NCBI GenBank assembly: GCA_965202875.1
Contig: OZ241870.1
Span: forward strand, 3,693,069 to 3,757,068
Source: Gammaproteobacteria bacterium
GTDB taxonomy: Bacteria > Pseudomonadota > Gammaproteobacteria > HK1
DNA: 64,000 nucleotides
Direction of reading: 5' to 3'
Each line of letters opens with the position of its first letter. The first letter of the stretch is position 1. Shown in pieces: positions 1 to 10,128 of the stretch. A program made the translations under genes and the position numbers. The notes under the pieces were generated by a model that did no database searches, was not told the DNA's origin, and saw only the letters and a list, made by a program, of their open reading frames with translations.

Positions 1-2
1 AT

Positions 3-638
3 TCGACCGAGTCGGTGACCGAGGGGATCGACGCCGCCCTCGAACCCCTGCGATTCGGCGGTGGCCCGGTTGTCGAATGCGCGACCCTGACCGAGGGACC
101 GCCGGGGATCGAGAGCGATGACCATGTGCGGGCCGTCGCGGCGCCGGTCGCCCGCTTCGTCGCGGCGAGGGAAGCCGACGCCGGTGCATTCGTCATCGCC
201 TGCTTCAGCGATCCGGGGCTCGCCGAGGCCCGGGGCGCGACTTGGCGTCCGGTGCTCGGCATGGCGGCCTGCGGCGTGCTGACGGCGACCGCGCTCGGCG
301 ACCGCTTCGGCGTCATCTCGATCCTCGATCAGGCGATCCCCAGGCATCTGCGCTACTACGACGCGCTCGGCGTCGGCACGCGGCTCGCCGGCGACCGCGC
401 GGTGGGGATCGGGGTCACCGGCCTTGCCGACGAAACCGGAACCCTTGACCGGCTGACGGCCACGGGGAAAGCGCTGTGCGACGAGGACGGAGCCGACGTC
501 CTGGTACTCGGCTGCGCGGGAATGGCGCGCTACCGCGAACGGCTGGAGGATTCGCTCGCGGTGCCGGTCGTCGATCCGGTACAGGCGGCGGTCGGCATGG
601 CGATCTCGGTGCTCGCGCGGCGCGCTCCCGTCGCCTGA
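3..638 (+). CDS. Asp/Glu/hydantoin racemase family protein, 5' end truncated by the window edge (listed ORF begins with GTG at 15; frame open to position 3)
   Basis: Translation shows the racemase-family hallmarks 'FVIACFSDPGL' and 'LVLGCAGM'. The frame is open to the window start, so the N-terminus is missing. It is convergent with a hydantoinase gene. Confidence 0.6.
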   Translation, partial: STESVTEGIDAALEPLRFGGGPVVECATLTEGPPGIESDDHVRAVAAPVARFVAAREADAGAFVIACFSDPGLAEARGATWRPVLGMAACGVLTATALGDRFGVISILDQAIPRHLRYYDALGVGTRLAGDRAVGIGVTGLADETGTLDRLTATGKALCDEDGADVLVLGCAGMARYRERLEDSLAVPVVDPVQAAVGMAISVLARRAPVA

Positions 639-717
639 ACACGCACTCGGTCCCGCAACGGGTGGTCGTTCGGCTCCGGAGCCGGGACGAAGCGGGCGAA
701 CGTGCACCGCCCCCGTT

Positions 718-2178
718 TCATATCGCCGCGCCGAAGTTTGTCGCCGGATCCATCTCCGGCACCCGGAGCCCGAGCGGGCGGGCGGCTTCCGGTCGCCGGC
801 AGCGCAGGAACTCCCCACTGCCCCGCGCGACGTGGAGTGCGCCGCCGTCGACGACCCGGCGCCCGCGGGAGAGCACGGTCACCGGCCAGCCCTGGATGCG
901 CCGTCCTTCGTAAGGGGTGTACCCGACGTTGTCGTGCAGGGCGTCCCACGTCACCTCGACCTCGCGCTCGGGGTCCCAGATCGCCAGGTCCGCGTCGGAG
1001 CCGATCGCGATCGTGCCTTTGCGCGGATACAGCCCGTAGAGCCGCGCCGCGTTGGTCGAGGCCAGGGCCACGAAGCGGTTGAGATCCATCCGGCCGCCAC
1101 CGACACCCTCGCTGAACAGCAGCGGCAGGCGCAGCTCGATACCCGGCACCCCGTTGGCGATCGTCTTGAACGGGGCATCGGGGCCGCCCGCGAGCTTGCC
1201 GGTCTCGTCGAAGCGGTACGGCGCGTGGTCGGAGGAGAACACCTGGAAGGTGCCGTTCGCGAGCCCGCGCCACACGTGCTCCTGGTTGGCGGCGTCGCGC
1301 GGGGGCGGGCTGCAGCAGAACTTCGCGCCTTCCATACCGTCGCGGTCGAGGTCCGCGGCGGTCAGGAACAGATACTGGGGGCAGGTCTCCCCGTAGATCC
1401 GAAGCCCCAGATCCTGCGCGCGGCGGATGGCGTCGACCGCCTCGGCCGCGGAGACGTGCACGATGAGCATCGGGACGTCGACGAGCCTCGCGAGATCGAT
1501 GGCCCGGCCCGTCGCTTCGCCCTCCGCGACCCGCGCGTGGCTGACCGCGTGGTACTTCGGCGCCCGGTATCCGCCGTCGAGGAGCCGGTCGGAGAGCCAT
1601 CGGATCACGTCGTGGTTCTCGGCGTGCACCATGGTCATCGCGCCCTCGCGACGGGCGAGCGAGAGCACGTCGAGCATCTGGTAGTCATCGAGCTTCAGCA
1701 GGTCGTAGGTCATGTACACCTTGAACGAGGTGTAGCCGTCCTCGATCAGGGCGGGCAGCTCCTGGCCGAGCACGTGGGCGGTGGGGTCGGAGATGATGAG
1801 GTGGAAGGCGTAGTCGACGACCGACTTGGGATCGGCGCAGCCGTGGTACGCCTCGACCACTTCGCGCAACGACTGCCCGCGGTGCTGCGCGGCGAAGGGG
1901 ATGATGGTGGTGGTGCCGCCGAACGCGGCGGAGACCGAGCCGGAATAGAAGTCGTCCGCGCAGAGGAGCCCGCTCGCCGACCACTGCTCGACGTGGCAAT
2001 GGCTGTCGATCCCGCCGGGCAGCACGAGACGGCCCGTGGCGTCGATCTCGTCCCGGCCTTCGTCCAGGCCCTGGGCGAGGGCGGCGATCCTGCCGTCCCG
2101 GATCCCGACGTCGGCGGGGAAGGTGTCGGCGGCGGTCGCGACGGTGCCGCCGCGGACGACGAGGTCGAATCGGTCCAT
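718..2178 (-). CDS. dihydropyrimidinase / D-hydantoinase (cyclic amidohydrolase)
   Basis: 486-aa ORF with 'GGIDSHCHV' metal-binding motif, 'FKVYMTYD' carboxylated-Lys region, 'HVSAAEA', and 'SSDHAPY', typical of the D-hydantoinase/dihydropyrimidinase family. Confidence 0.85.
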   Translation of the reverse strand: MDRFDLVVRGGTVATAADTFPADVGIRDGRIAALAQGLDEGRDEIDATGRLVLPGGIDSHCHVEQWSASGLLCADDFYSGSVSAAFGGTTTIIPFAAQHRGQSLREVVEAYHGCADPKSVVDYAFHLIISDPTAHVLGQELPALIEDGYTSFKVYMTYDLLKLDDYQMLDVLSLARREGAMTMVHAENHDVIRWLSDRLLDGGYRAPKYHAVSHARVAEGEATGRAIDLARLVDVPMLIVHVSAAEAVDAIRRAQDLGLRIYGETCPQYLFLTAADLDRDGMEGAKFCCSPPPRDAANQEHVWRGLANGTFQVFSSDHAPYRFDETGKLAGGPDAPFKTIANGVPGIELRLPLLFSEGVGGGRMDLNRFVALASTNAARLYGLYPRKGTIAIGSDADLAIWDPEREVEVTWDALHDNVGYTPYEGRRIQGWPVTVLSRGRRVVDGGALHVARGSGEFLRCRRPEAARPLGLRVPEMDPATNFGAAI

Positions 2179-2401
2179 CTCGCCTCCCGGAGCCGGACGC
2201 GAACGGGGGGCGCGGCCGGACGGAGTATTGTACGGGTCGGGGTGGATGATACGCCCGCGGTCGGCAAGGAAGGGAACGACGTCGGGATGAGGAACCGAGG
2301 AATCAAAGTCGCTCCATCGGGCCGCCAGGTCCCGTCCCTCGACGGCGACCGGCGGATGGCAGACGCTTCTTGACGATCTCCGGAGGGAGGCCGCCTACCC
2401 C

Positions 2402-3235
2402 ATGTGCCTGATCTACGTCGCGTGGCGGCGCCATCCGCGCTATCGCCTCGCAGTCGCCGCAAACCGCGACGAATACCACGCGCGCCGCACCGCACCCGCG
2501 CACTGGTGGGAGGACGCGCCCGGTGTGCTCGCGGGCCGGGACCTCGAAGCGGGCGGGACGTGGATGGGGATCGCCCGCGGCGGCCGGTTCGCGGCGGTCA
2601 CCAACCATCGGGACCCCGCGGATCGTCGAGTAGCGGGCGCTCCTTCGCGCGGCGCGCTCGTCGGCGCGTTTCTCACCGGTGGCGAATCGGCGCCGGCCTG
2701 TCTTGAGCGCGTCGCGGAAGAAGGGCACCGGTACAACGGGTTCAGCCTCTTCGCGATGGACGGTGAGACGCTGGCGTTCACGTCCAACCGCGCCCGTGGC
2801 GTCATGCGGCTCAAGCCCGGGATCTACGGGCTGAGCAACCATCTGCTGGACACCCCCTGGCCCAAGGTGACGTCCGGGAAGGCGGAGCTGGAAGGACTCG
2901 TCGCCGGACCCGATGTTCGTGTCCCGGATCTGCTCGCCCTCCTCGCGTCGCGCGAGTCTTCGCCCGCGGAGGCGCTCCGCGCCGACACCGAAGGCGACTC
3001 CGGGCGCATGCGGTGGCGTTCGTCGCGGTTCATCCTCGGCGACGCTTACGGAACGCGGGCGTCGACGGTGGTTCTGCTCGCCGCGGACGGCGCCGGTGTG
3101 TTCGTCGAGCGGAGCTTCGACGCGCGTGGGACGGCTACCGCAGACGCGGTGTTCGATCTCGGTGAAGGCGCCGCCGCTCGCGCCGTCTCGCACGAAACCG
3201 GGCGAGGCAGTAGACTCGACCGGGCGTTGCGCTGA
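2402..3235 (+). CDS. NRDE family protein (DUF833 / TANGO2-like)
   Basis: 277-aa ORF starting 'MCLIYVAWRRHPRYRLAVAANRDEYHARRT', with the NRDE signature, 'GGTWMG' and 'NHRD' motifs. Confidence 0.8.
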   Translation: MCLIYVAWRRHPRYRLAVAANRDEYHARRTAPAHWWEDAPGVLAGRDLEAGGTWMGIARGGRFAAVTNHRDPADRRVAGAPSRGALVGAFLTGGESAPACLERVAEEGHRYNGFSLFAMDGETLAFTSNRARGVMRLKPGIYGLSNHLLDTPWPKVTSGKAELEGLVAGPDVRVPDLLALLASRESSPAEALRADTEGDSGRMRWRSSRFILGDAYGTRASTVVLLAADGAGVFVERSFDARGTATADAVFDLGEGAAARAVSHETGRGSRLDRALR

Positions 3236-3296
3236 TCGTGGCGCCGAGCCGGTACGCTCTCCCGGGCCGGCCGCCCCCATCCAGAGGAGGCGCACG

Positions 3297-3716
3297 ATGA
3301 GCCGTGATCCGGAGTGCATCTTCTGCAAGATCCTGACGGGCGAGGTTCCCTCGTTCATGCTGTGCGAAGACGACGCGACGTTCGCGTTCATGGACGTCAA
3401 CCCGGCGAACGAGGGCCACGCGCTGGTCATCCCGAAGGAGCACGCAAGCGACGTCTACACGGTGTCCGACGCGGCGCTCGCCCGCACCGTGGTGACCGCG
3501 AAGAAGGTGGCCGGCGCGCTCGCACGGACGCTGAACCCGGACGGGCTCAACCTCGTGCAGTGCAACGGTCCGGCCGCGGCGCAGTCGGTGATGCACTTCC
3601 ACGTGCACGTGCTGCCCCGCGTCGACGGGGATCGGCTGAAGATGAACTGGGGATTGAAGCTCGGCGACATCAAGGCCATCGGCAGGCTCGCCGAGCGCAT
3701 CCGGGAGCAGATGTGA
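3297..3716 (+). CDS. HIT (histidine triad) family hydrolase
   Basis: ATG at 3297 preceded by GAGGAGG (3284-3290). 139 aa with 'CIFCKI' and the histidine-triad 'HFHVHVLPR'. The upstream part of the listed 2913..3716 ORF is GC-noise. Confidence 0.85.
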   Translation: MSRDPECIFCKILTGEVPSFMLCEDDATFAFMDVNPANEGHALVIPKEHASDVYTVSDAALARTVVTAKKVAGALARTLNPDGLNLVQCNGPAAAQSVMHFHVHVLPRVDGDRLKMNWGLKLGDIKAIGRLAERIREQM

Positions 3717-3722
3717 GAAGGT

Positions 3723-4412
3723 GTGGCGGCCATGGCGAAGTTCATCGGAATCAAGGCATGCGTCTTCGACGCGTACGGCACGCTGTTCGACGTGCATTCG
3801 GCGGTCGGGAAGCACCGGGCCAGGCTCGGCGACAAGGCGGACGCGGTGTCGGGGACCTGGCGCACCAAGCAGCTCGAGTACACGTGGCAGCGCACCATCC
3901 TCGACCGCTACGTCGATTTCTGGCGGGTGACGGCGGACGGTCTCGACTTCGCGCTCGACGCCCACGGGGTCCCCCACGCGGCGTTGCGCGACGATCTGCT
4001 CAACGCCTACCTGAGCCTCGACTGCTACCCCGAGGCGCCGGGGGTGCTGAGCACCCTGAAGGAGGCCGGCCTCCGGAACGCAATCCTCTCGAACGGCTCG
4101 CCGATGATGCTGGAAGCGGCGGTGGAGAGCGCCGGACTCGGCGGCGTGCTGGATGAAGTGATCTCCGTCGACGAGCTGGGGATGTACAAGCCCTCCCTGG
4201 GGGTGTACCGGCTTGCCATCGACGCGCTCGGCGTCGGCCGCCGGCAGGTGAGCTTCCAGTCATCGAACGCGTGGGACGCGGCGGCGGCGGCGACGTTCGG
4301 GTTCCGTGTCGCATGGTGCAACCGTTTCGGCCAGGCGCGCGAGCGTCTGCCCGACGCGCCGGACGTGGAGATCCGGACCCTCGACGCGCTGCCGGCCATC
4401 GTGCTGCCCTAG
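3723..4412 (+). CDS. haloacid dehalogenase type II (HAD superfamily)
   Basis: 'CVFDAYGTLFDV' (DxYGT nucleophile motif), 'ILSNG' and 'SSNAWDAAAA' are typical of L-2-haloacid dehalogenases. Confidence 0.8.
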   Translation: MAAMAKFIGIKACVFDAYGTLFDVHSAVGKHRARLGDKADAVSGTWRTKQLEYTWQRTILDRYVDFWRVTADGLDFALDAHGVPHAALRDDLLNAYLSLDCYPEAPGVLSTLKEAGLRNAILSNGSPMMLEAAVESAGLGGVLDEVISVDELGMYKPSLGVYRLAIDALGVGRRQVSFQSSNAWDAAAAATFGFRVAWCNRFGQARERLPDAPDVEIRTLDALPAIVLP

Positions 4413-4432
4413 TCGCGCCGGTTTTCCGCAAC

Positions 4433-5197
4433 GTGGACGTCGCAGGACACGCCGCCGTCGTCACCGGCGGTGGTTCGGGGATGGGAGCGGAGACCGCCCG
4501 CCGCCTCGCCGCGGCCGGTGCGAAGGTGGCGGCGCTGGATCTGGACGAGGGGGCGGCCGGCGCGGTCGGCGCGGAGATCGGCGGACTCGGCCTCGGCTGC
4601 GACGTCTCCGACGCCGGCGGCGTGGAACGCGCCGTCGCCCGCGCCCGCGCCGCCCACGGCTCCGCCCGCATCTGCGTGAACTGCGCCGGCATCGCGACCG
4701 CGCGGCGCATCCTCGCCCGGGACGGGCCGGCGCCGCTCGACGGCTTCCGCAGGGTCGTCGAGGTCAACCTGATCGGCACGTTCAACGTGATGCGGGTCTG
4801 CGCGGCGGGCATGGCGGGCCTCGATCCCGTGAACGAAACCGGTGAGCGCGGGGTCATGATCGCGACCGCCTCGGTCGCCGCGTACGAAGGGCAGATCGGC
4901 CAGGCGGCCTACGCGGCCTCGAAGGCGGGCCTTGCCGGGATGACCCTGCCGCTCGCGCGGGATCTCGCAAGCCTCGGGATCCGGGTGATGACCATCGCCC
5001 CGGGCTTGATGGAGACGCCGATGCTGGCCGGGCTGCCCGACGACGTCCGCGAAAGCCTCGCCGCCTCGGCGCCGTTTCCCCGCCGCCTCGGCCGTCCGGG
5101 GGAGTTCGCGGACCTCGTCGAGCACGTCGTCGCCAACGCGATGCTCAACGGCTCCGTCATCCGGCTCGACGGTGCGATCAGAATGCCGCCGAGGTGA
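4433..5197 (+). CDS. SDR family oxidoreductase (3-hydroxyacyl-CoA dehydrogenase-like)
   Basis: Rossmann 'AAVVTGGGSGMG', catalytic 'YAASKAG', 'PGLMETPM'. Start assigned to the first in-frame GTG (4433) after the upstream stop; no ATG precedes the Rossmann motif, so the start is uncertain. Confidence 0.7.
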   Translation: MDVAGHAAVVTGGGSGMGAETARRLAAAGAKVAALDLDEGAAGAVGAEIGGLGLGCDVSDAGGVERAVARARAAHGSARICVNCAGIATARRILARDGPAPLDGFRRVVEVNLIGTFNVMRVCAAGMAGLDPVNETGERGVMIATASVAAYEGQIGQAAYAASKAGLAGMTLPLARDLASLGIRVMTIAPGLMETPMLAGLPDDVRESLAASAPFPRRLGRPGEFADLVEHVVANAMLNGSVIRLDGAIRMPPR

Positions 5198-5524
5198 CGC
5201 GGGCCGGCGCTCGTTGAGCAGGCGTGCACGCGGGCCGGACCATCGGCCCGCGGTGTTGCCGCCACCCCCTTCCGCGCCGTCCGGTCGTCGGGCGCACATG
5301 GCGTCCCCGAACGACCTCGATTCTCCGGTCCCGTTTTCCGAGCGTCCGGCGAGCGCCGATCGGGGAGTGTGGAATGACGCTGCGCCAGCCTGCCGCCCCG
5401 CTTTACTGGCGGACTTCATGCTTTATCATTGGCCATGGCCCGGATTCGAGGGCAGTCTCGAATCCGAAGCGCGCTCAGGCCTCCGGCCCTCCCGAAGTGC
5501 GCCGCCCGCGGAAAGGAGGAGCCG

Positions 5525-7510
5525 ATGGCCGAAACAGACACCGCCGGGCCGGCTCGAAGCGACCCGAACGCGCTCGACACCTTTCCGAAGATCCTCGCCC
5601 TCAACGCCCGCCGGTTCGCGGATCGGCACGCGGCGCGCGAGAAGGAGTACGGCATCTGGCAGAGCTGGACCTGGCGCGAGCTCAAGGCGGAGGTGGAGGG
5701 GCTCGCCTGCGGTCTCGCGACGCTCGGCTTCGAGCGGGGGGACAAGCTCGCGATCGTCGGGCGCAACCGTCCGCGGCTCTACGGCTCGATGTGCGCCGCA
5801 CAGGCCCTCGGCGGGGTGCCGGTGCCGATGTACCAGGATGCCGTGGCGAAGGAGCTCCGGTTCGTGGTCGATCACGCCGGCGTCCGGTTCGCGATCGCGG
5901 AGGACCAGGAGCAGGTCGACAAGCTTCTGGAGTTGAAGGAGCAATGCCCATCGCTCGAAGTCATCCTCTACGACGACCCGCGGGGGATGCGCCACTACGA
6001 CCAGCCCTTCCTGCATTCGTATTCATCCGTCCAGGAGCGGGGCAAGGCATTCGCGCGGGACGACCCCGGCTACTTCGACGAGCAGATCGCGAAAGGCAGC
6101 GGCGGGGACGTCGCGATCATCCTCTACACCTCGGGCACCACCGGCAATCCGAAGGGGGTGATGCTCACCCATGACAACGTCCTCGTCACCGCGCGCAACG
6201 CGGTGGAGTTCGACGGGCTCGGGGCCGAAGACGAAGTGCTCGCATACCTGCCGATGGCGTGGGTCGGCGACAACATCTTCTCCTTCGGGCAGAGCTACGT
6301 GAGCGGGTTCTGCGTGAACTGCCCGGAGAGCGCGGCGACGGTGATGCAGGACCTGAAGGAGATCGGTCCGACCTACTACTTCGCCCCTCCCGCGGTCTTC
6401 GAGAACCTGCTGACCACCGTGAGCATCCGCATCGAGGACGCGAGCCGGATCAAGCGCAAGATGTACCACTACTTCATGGATCTCGCGAAGCGGGTGGGGG
6501 TCAGGATCCTGGAGGGTCGGCCGGTGTCGTTCGCGGACCGGCTCAGCTACCGGCTCGGCAGCCTGCTGGTCTACGGGCCGCTCAAGAACACCCTGGGCTT
6601 TTCGCGCATCCGCATCGCGTACACCGCCGGGGAGGCAATCGGCCCGGACATCTTCGACTTCTACCGATCGCTCGGCATCAACATCAAGCAGCTCTACGGC
6701 CAGACCGAAGCCTCGGTGTTCGTCACCATGCAGCCCGACGGCGAGGTGCGCGCCGACACCGTCGGCCGTCCCGCTCCAGGCGTGGAGCTGAGGATCGACG
6801 ACGTCAGCGGGGAGGTCCTCTACCGCAGCCCCGGCGTCTTCCATGCCTATTACAGGAACGAGGAGGCGACCCGGGAGACGAAGACCGAGGACGGCTGGGT
6901 GCATACCGGCGACGCCGGGCTGCTGGACGGAGACGGGCACCTGCGCATCATCGACCGCGCGAAGGACGTGGGGAGGCTCAACGACGGCGCGATGTTCGCG
7001 CCCAAGTACCTCGAGAACAAGCTGAAGTTCTTCCCCCACGTCGCGGAGGCGGTGACCTTCGGCCACGGACGCGACCACGTCTCCGCGTTCATCAACATCG
7101 ACCTCGACGCGGTGAGCAACTGGGCCGAGCGCAACGGCATCGTGTACGCGAGCTACCAGGAGCTCGCCGCGCATCCCCGGGTCTATGCCCTGATCGGGGA
7201 CTGCATCGCCCAAGTGAATGCGGATCTCGCGGGCGATCCGCAACTCTGCTCATCCCAGATCAAGCGCTTCCTCGTGCTCCACAAGGAGCTCGACGCCGAC
7301 GACGGGGAGCTCACCCGGACCCGCAAGGTGCGGCGCCGGACCGTCGCCGAACGCTACGCCCCGCTCATCGACGCCCTCTACTCCGGGGCCGACACCTGTC
7401 ACATCGACACCGAAGTGGTCTTCGATGACGGCCGCCGCGGCGAGATCAGCGCGGACCTGAAGATCGACGAGGCGCAGGTGTTCTCCGGCCCGATGGCGAA
7501 GGCGAGCTGA
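5525..7510 (+). CDS. AMP-dependent synthetase / long-chain acyl-CoA ligase family
   Basis: ATG 5525 preceded by AGGAGGA. AMP-binding motif 'ILYTSGTTGNPKGV', 'YGQTE' and 'GWVHTGD' motifs. This ligase type is commonly encoded next to LivGHMKF-type ABC systems. Confidence 0.85.
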   Translation: MAETDTAGPARSDPNALDTFPKILALNARRFADRHAAREKEYGIWQSWTWRELKAEVEGLACGLATLGFERGDKLAIVGRNRPRLYGSMCAAQALGGVPVPMYQDAVAKELRFVVDHAGVRFAIAEDQEQVDKLLELKEQCPSLEVILYDDPRGMRHYDQPFLHSYSSVQERGKAFARDDPGYFDEQIAKGSGGDVAIILYTSGTTGNPKGVMLTHDNVLVTARNAVEFDGLGAEDEVLAYLPMAWVGDNIFSFGQSYVSGFCVNCPESAATVMQDLKEIGPTYYFAPPAVFENLLTTVSIRIEDASRIKRKMYHYFMDLAKRVGVRILEGRPVSFADRLSYRLGSLLVYGPLKNTLGFSRIRIAYTAGEAIGPDIFDFYRSLGINIKQLYGQTEASVFVTMQPDGEVRADTVGRPAPGVELRIDDVSGEVLYRSPGVFHAYYRNEEATRETKTEDGWVHTGDAGLLDGDGHLRIIDRAKDVGRLNDGAMFAPKYLENKLKFFPHVAEAVTFGHGRDHVSAFINIDLDAVSNWAERNGIVYASYQELAAHPRVYALIGDCIAQVNADLAGDPQLCSSQIKRFLVLHKELDADDGELTRTRKVRRRTVAERYAPLIDALYSGADTCHIDTEVVFDDGRRGEISADLKIDEAQVFSGPMAKAS

Positions 7511-7543
7511 TGCCGGCCGCTCACGGATCCGCGGCCCCCGCTT

Positions 7544-7560
7544 GCGGGCGGGACGCCCGC
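7544..7560. repeat. REP-like perfect hairpin GCGGGCG-GGA-CGCCCGC immediately after the CoA-ligase stop
   Basis: 17-nt palindrome seen directly; near-identical copies occur at 33579-33595 (inverted), ~33640-33656 and 33759-33775. Confidence 0.5.
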
Positions 7561-7637
7561 ATTCCCAGGAGTCTGCGCCGTTCCCCGGATCGGAACCGAC
7601 CCTCGGTTCCGGCGGCGCCCGGACAGGAAGCGCACCG

Positions 7638-8813
7638 ATGAGCGAGCGGTCGACGGCAGAGCGGATCACGTTCCATGAAGGCCGGGAGATCCTCGAAGTC
7701 GACTTCTCGGCGCTGACCTTTCGCGGCGCCGCCGACGTCGACGCCTTCTACGACGAGGTCGAGGCGCGGCTCGGCGAGACCGGCTCCCGCTGGTACTTCC
7801 TCGTCAACTACGAGAACTGCGAGATCGCCCCCGAGGCGTGGGCCGCGTTCGCCGAACGCGGCAAGCGCGCGAACATCACCCACGGGCTCGGCGCCGCCCG
7901 CTTCGGCGTGAACGTGGAGGTGCGCGAGTCGATCCGCGCCCACGCGCAGAGCGCGCAGTTTCGCGCCAACCTGTTCGAGTCGCGCGACGCGGCGCTCCTC
8001 GCCCTCGCCGACATGCGCAAGCGCCACCAGACGGCCGGCGCCGCCTCGGCGGAGTCGTTCCTGAAGGTCGAGGACGTCCTGCTGCGCTTCGGCGGGGTCA
8101 CCGCGCTCGACAACGTCGGGTTCTCGGTGCATCCCGGGGAGGTGTTCTCGATCATCGGGCCGAACGGCGCCGGCAAGACCTCGATGCTGAACGTGGTCAG
8201 CGGGTTCTACCGGCCGACGAGCGGGCGCATCCTGTTCGAGGGCCAGGATCGGACGCACCTGAAGACGTTCGAGGTCGCGCGGCTCGGTTTCGCCCGGACG
8301 TTCCAGAACATCGCGCTGTTCCGGGGGATGAGCACCCTCGACAACATCATGACCGGCCGGCTCCTCAAGATGAAGTACAACTTCCTCACCGACGCCCTGT
8401 ACCTGGGCCCCGCGCAACAGGAAGAGATCCGGCACCGGGAGTTCGTCGAGCGCATCATCGACTTCCTCGAGATCCAGGCGATCCGCCGCACCCCGGTCGG
8501 GAAGCTGCCGTACGGGCTGCAAAAGCGGGTGGAGCTCGCCCGCGCGCTGGCGATGGAGCCCAAGGTGCTGCTCCTCGACGAGCCGATGGCGGGCATGAAC
8601 CTGGAAGAGAAGGAGGACATGGCCCGCTTCGTCCTCGACGTGAACGACCAGTTCGGGACGACCGTGGTGCTGATCGAGCACGACATGGGGGTGGTCATGG
8701 ACATCTCCAGCCACGTGGTGGTGCTCGACCACGGCGTGAAGATCGCCGAGGGGACCCCGGACGAGGTGCGCAACGATCCGGTCGTGGTCCGTGCCTACCT
8801 GGGGGAAGGGTAG
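7638..8813 (+). CDS. ABC transporter ATP-binding protein, LivG-like, with ~150-aa N-terminal extension domain
   Basis: ATG 7638 with AGGAAG RBS. The C-terminal 250 aa carry Walker A 'GPNGAGKTS', signature 'LPYGLQKRVELARAL', Walker B 'LLLDEP' and the LivG-typical 'LIEHDM'. The N-terminal 150 aa ('ERITFHEGREILEVDFSALTFRGAADVDAFYDEV...') have no ABC motifs. Confidence 0.8.
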   Translation: MSERSTAERITFHEGREILEVDFSALTFRGAADVDAFYDEVEARLGETGSRWYFLVNYENCEIAPEAWAAFAERGKRANITHGLGAARFGVNVEVRESIRAHAQSAQFRANLFESRDAALLALADMRKRHQTAGAASAESFLKVEDVLLRFGGVTALDNVGFSVHPGEVFSIIGPNGAGKTSMLNVVSGFYRPTSGRILFEGQDRTHLKTFEVARLGFARTFQNIALFRGMSTLDNIMTGRLLKMKYNFLTDALYLGPAQQEEIRHREFVERIIDFLEIQAIRRTPVGKLPYGLQKRVELARALAMEPKVLLLDEPMAGMNLEEKEDMARFVLDVNDQFGTTVVLIEHDMGVVMDISSHVVVLDHGVKIAEGTPDEVRNDPVVVRAYLGEG

Positions 8814-8844
8814 GAGCGAAGGGCGGGCGGGGACGAACGGAGCG

Positions 8845-10068
8845 ATGCCGCCGATGATGGAAGAACTTCTGTTTTTCTTCGAGGTGCTGCTCGGCGGGTT
8901 GCTGACCGGCATCATGTACTCGCTGGTCGCGCTGGGCCTCGTGCTGATCTTCAAGGCGTCCCAGATCTTCAACTTCGCGCAGGGCGCCTTCGTGCTGTTC
9001 GCGGCCCTCACCTTCGTGCTGATGCTGGAGGTCGGGCCGGGCTTCTGGAGCTGGACCGGGTGGCTCGCGGTGGCCTTCGCGCTGCTCGCGGCGGGGATCT
9101 GGGGGCTGCGGCGGTACACCACCGTGCTCGACGCACCGAAGCGGTACGGCCGTACCCCGGTGGTGATCGCGGCGCTCGCCGTGGTGCTGCTGCCGGTCCT
9201 GTTCGACGGCGGCCAGCCGATGTGGCGGGCGATCTTCATCGTCGAGCTGACCTTCCTGATGCTCACCGTGGGGGCCCGTACCCCCAACTGGGCTGCCGGT
9301 GTCCTCCTCGGCCTCGCGGTAGCCTGCTTCTTCCTCGACGAGGCGATGCTGTGGCGCGCGCTCGCGCTGACCCTGCTGGTGATGATCATGATGGCCATCG
9401 CCATCGAGCGGATCGTGCTCCGCCCGCTCGTCAACCAGGAGCCCATCATCCTGTTCATGGCCGCGATCGGGTTGAACTTCGTCATCGAGGGGGTGGCGCA
9501 AGGGGTGTGGGACGCCGACGTGCACGCCCTCGACATCGGCATCCCCGACGTTCCCATCGCCTGGCTCAGGGAGAGCGTCGGCCTGTTCATCAGCGTTTTC
9601 GACGTGGTGGCGGCGGTGACCGCGGCGGCGCTGGTGGCCGCGCTGGCCTGGTTCTTCAACAAGACCCGGGTGGGGCGCGGGCTGCGCGCGGTGGCCGACG
9701 ACCACCAGGCGGCGCTCTCGGTCGGCATCCCGCTGAAGAACATCTGGGCCGTGGTGTGGTCGGCCTCGGCGATCGTCGCGCTGTTCGCGGGCCTGATGTG
9801 GGGGTCGAAGCTGGGGGTGCAGTTCTCGATCGCGCTGCTCGCGTTCAAGGCCCTGCCGGTGATCCTGATCGGGGGGTTCACCTCCATCCCCGGCGCGATC
9901 GTCGGCGGCCTGATCGTCGGGTCCACGGAGAAGCTCTTCGAGATCTACGTCGGGATCCCCTTCTTCGGCGGAGGGACCGAGAACTGGAGCCCGTACATGC
10001 TCGGGACGCTGTTCCTGCTGGTGCGCCCGCAGGGGCTGTTCGGGGAGAAGATCATCGAGCGCGTGTGA
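8845..10068 (+). CDS. branched-chain-type ABC transporter permease, LivH-like (enlarged, ~407 aa)
   Basis: Highly hydrophobic; N-terminal 'LLTGIMYSLVALGLVLIFKASQIFNFAQGAF' and C-terminal 'GIPFFGGGTENWSPYMLGTLFLLVRPQGLFG' match the LivH family. An extra ~100-aa hydrophobic insert is present. Confidence 0.8.
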   Translation: MPPMMEELLFFFEVLLGGLLTGIMYSLVALGLVLIFKASQIFNFAQGAFVLFAALTFVLMLEVGPGFWSWTGWLAVAFALLAAGIWGLRRYTTVLDAPKRYGRTPVVIAALAVVLLPVLFDGGQPMWRAIFIVELTFLMLTVGARTPNWAAGVLLGLAVACFFLDEAMLWRALALTLLVMIMMAIAIERIVLRPLVNQEPIILFMAAIGLNFVIEGVAQGVWDADVHALDIGIPDVPIAWLRESVGLFISVFDVVAAVTAAALVAALAWFFNKTRVGRGLRAVADDHQAALSVGIPLKNIWAVVWSASAIVALFAGLMWGSKLGVQFSIALLAFKALPVILIGGFTSIPGAIVGGLIVGSTEKLFEIYVGIPFFGGGTENWSPYMLGTLFLLVRPQGLFGEKIIERV

Positions 10069-10128
10069 CGCGCCGCCGCCATGCGTCGGGGATCCATCGG
10101 CCATTTCAGGGACGGGAAGAGATAGGCA

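Noticed and set aside
530-2373. Long ORFs (356, 513 and 249 aa) antisense to or overlapping the hydantoinase gene
   Set aside because: Arg/Pro/Gly/Ala-rich low-complexity translations typical of alternative frames of ~70% GC coding DNA; the opposite-strand hydantoinase has clear motifs.
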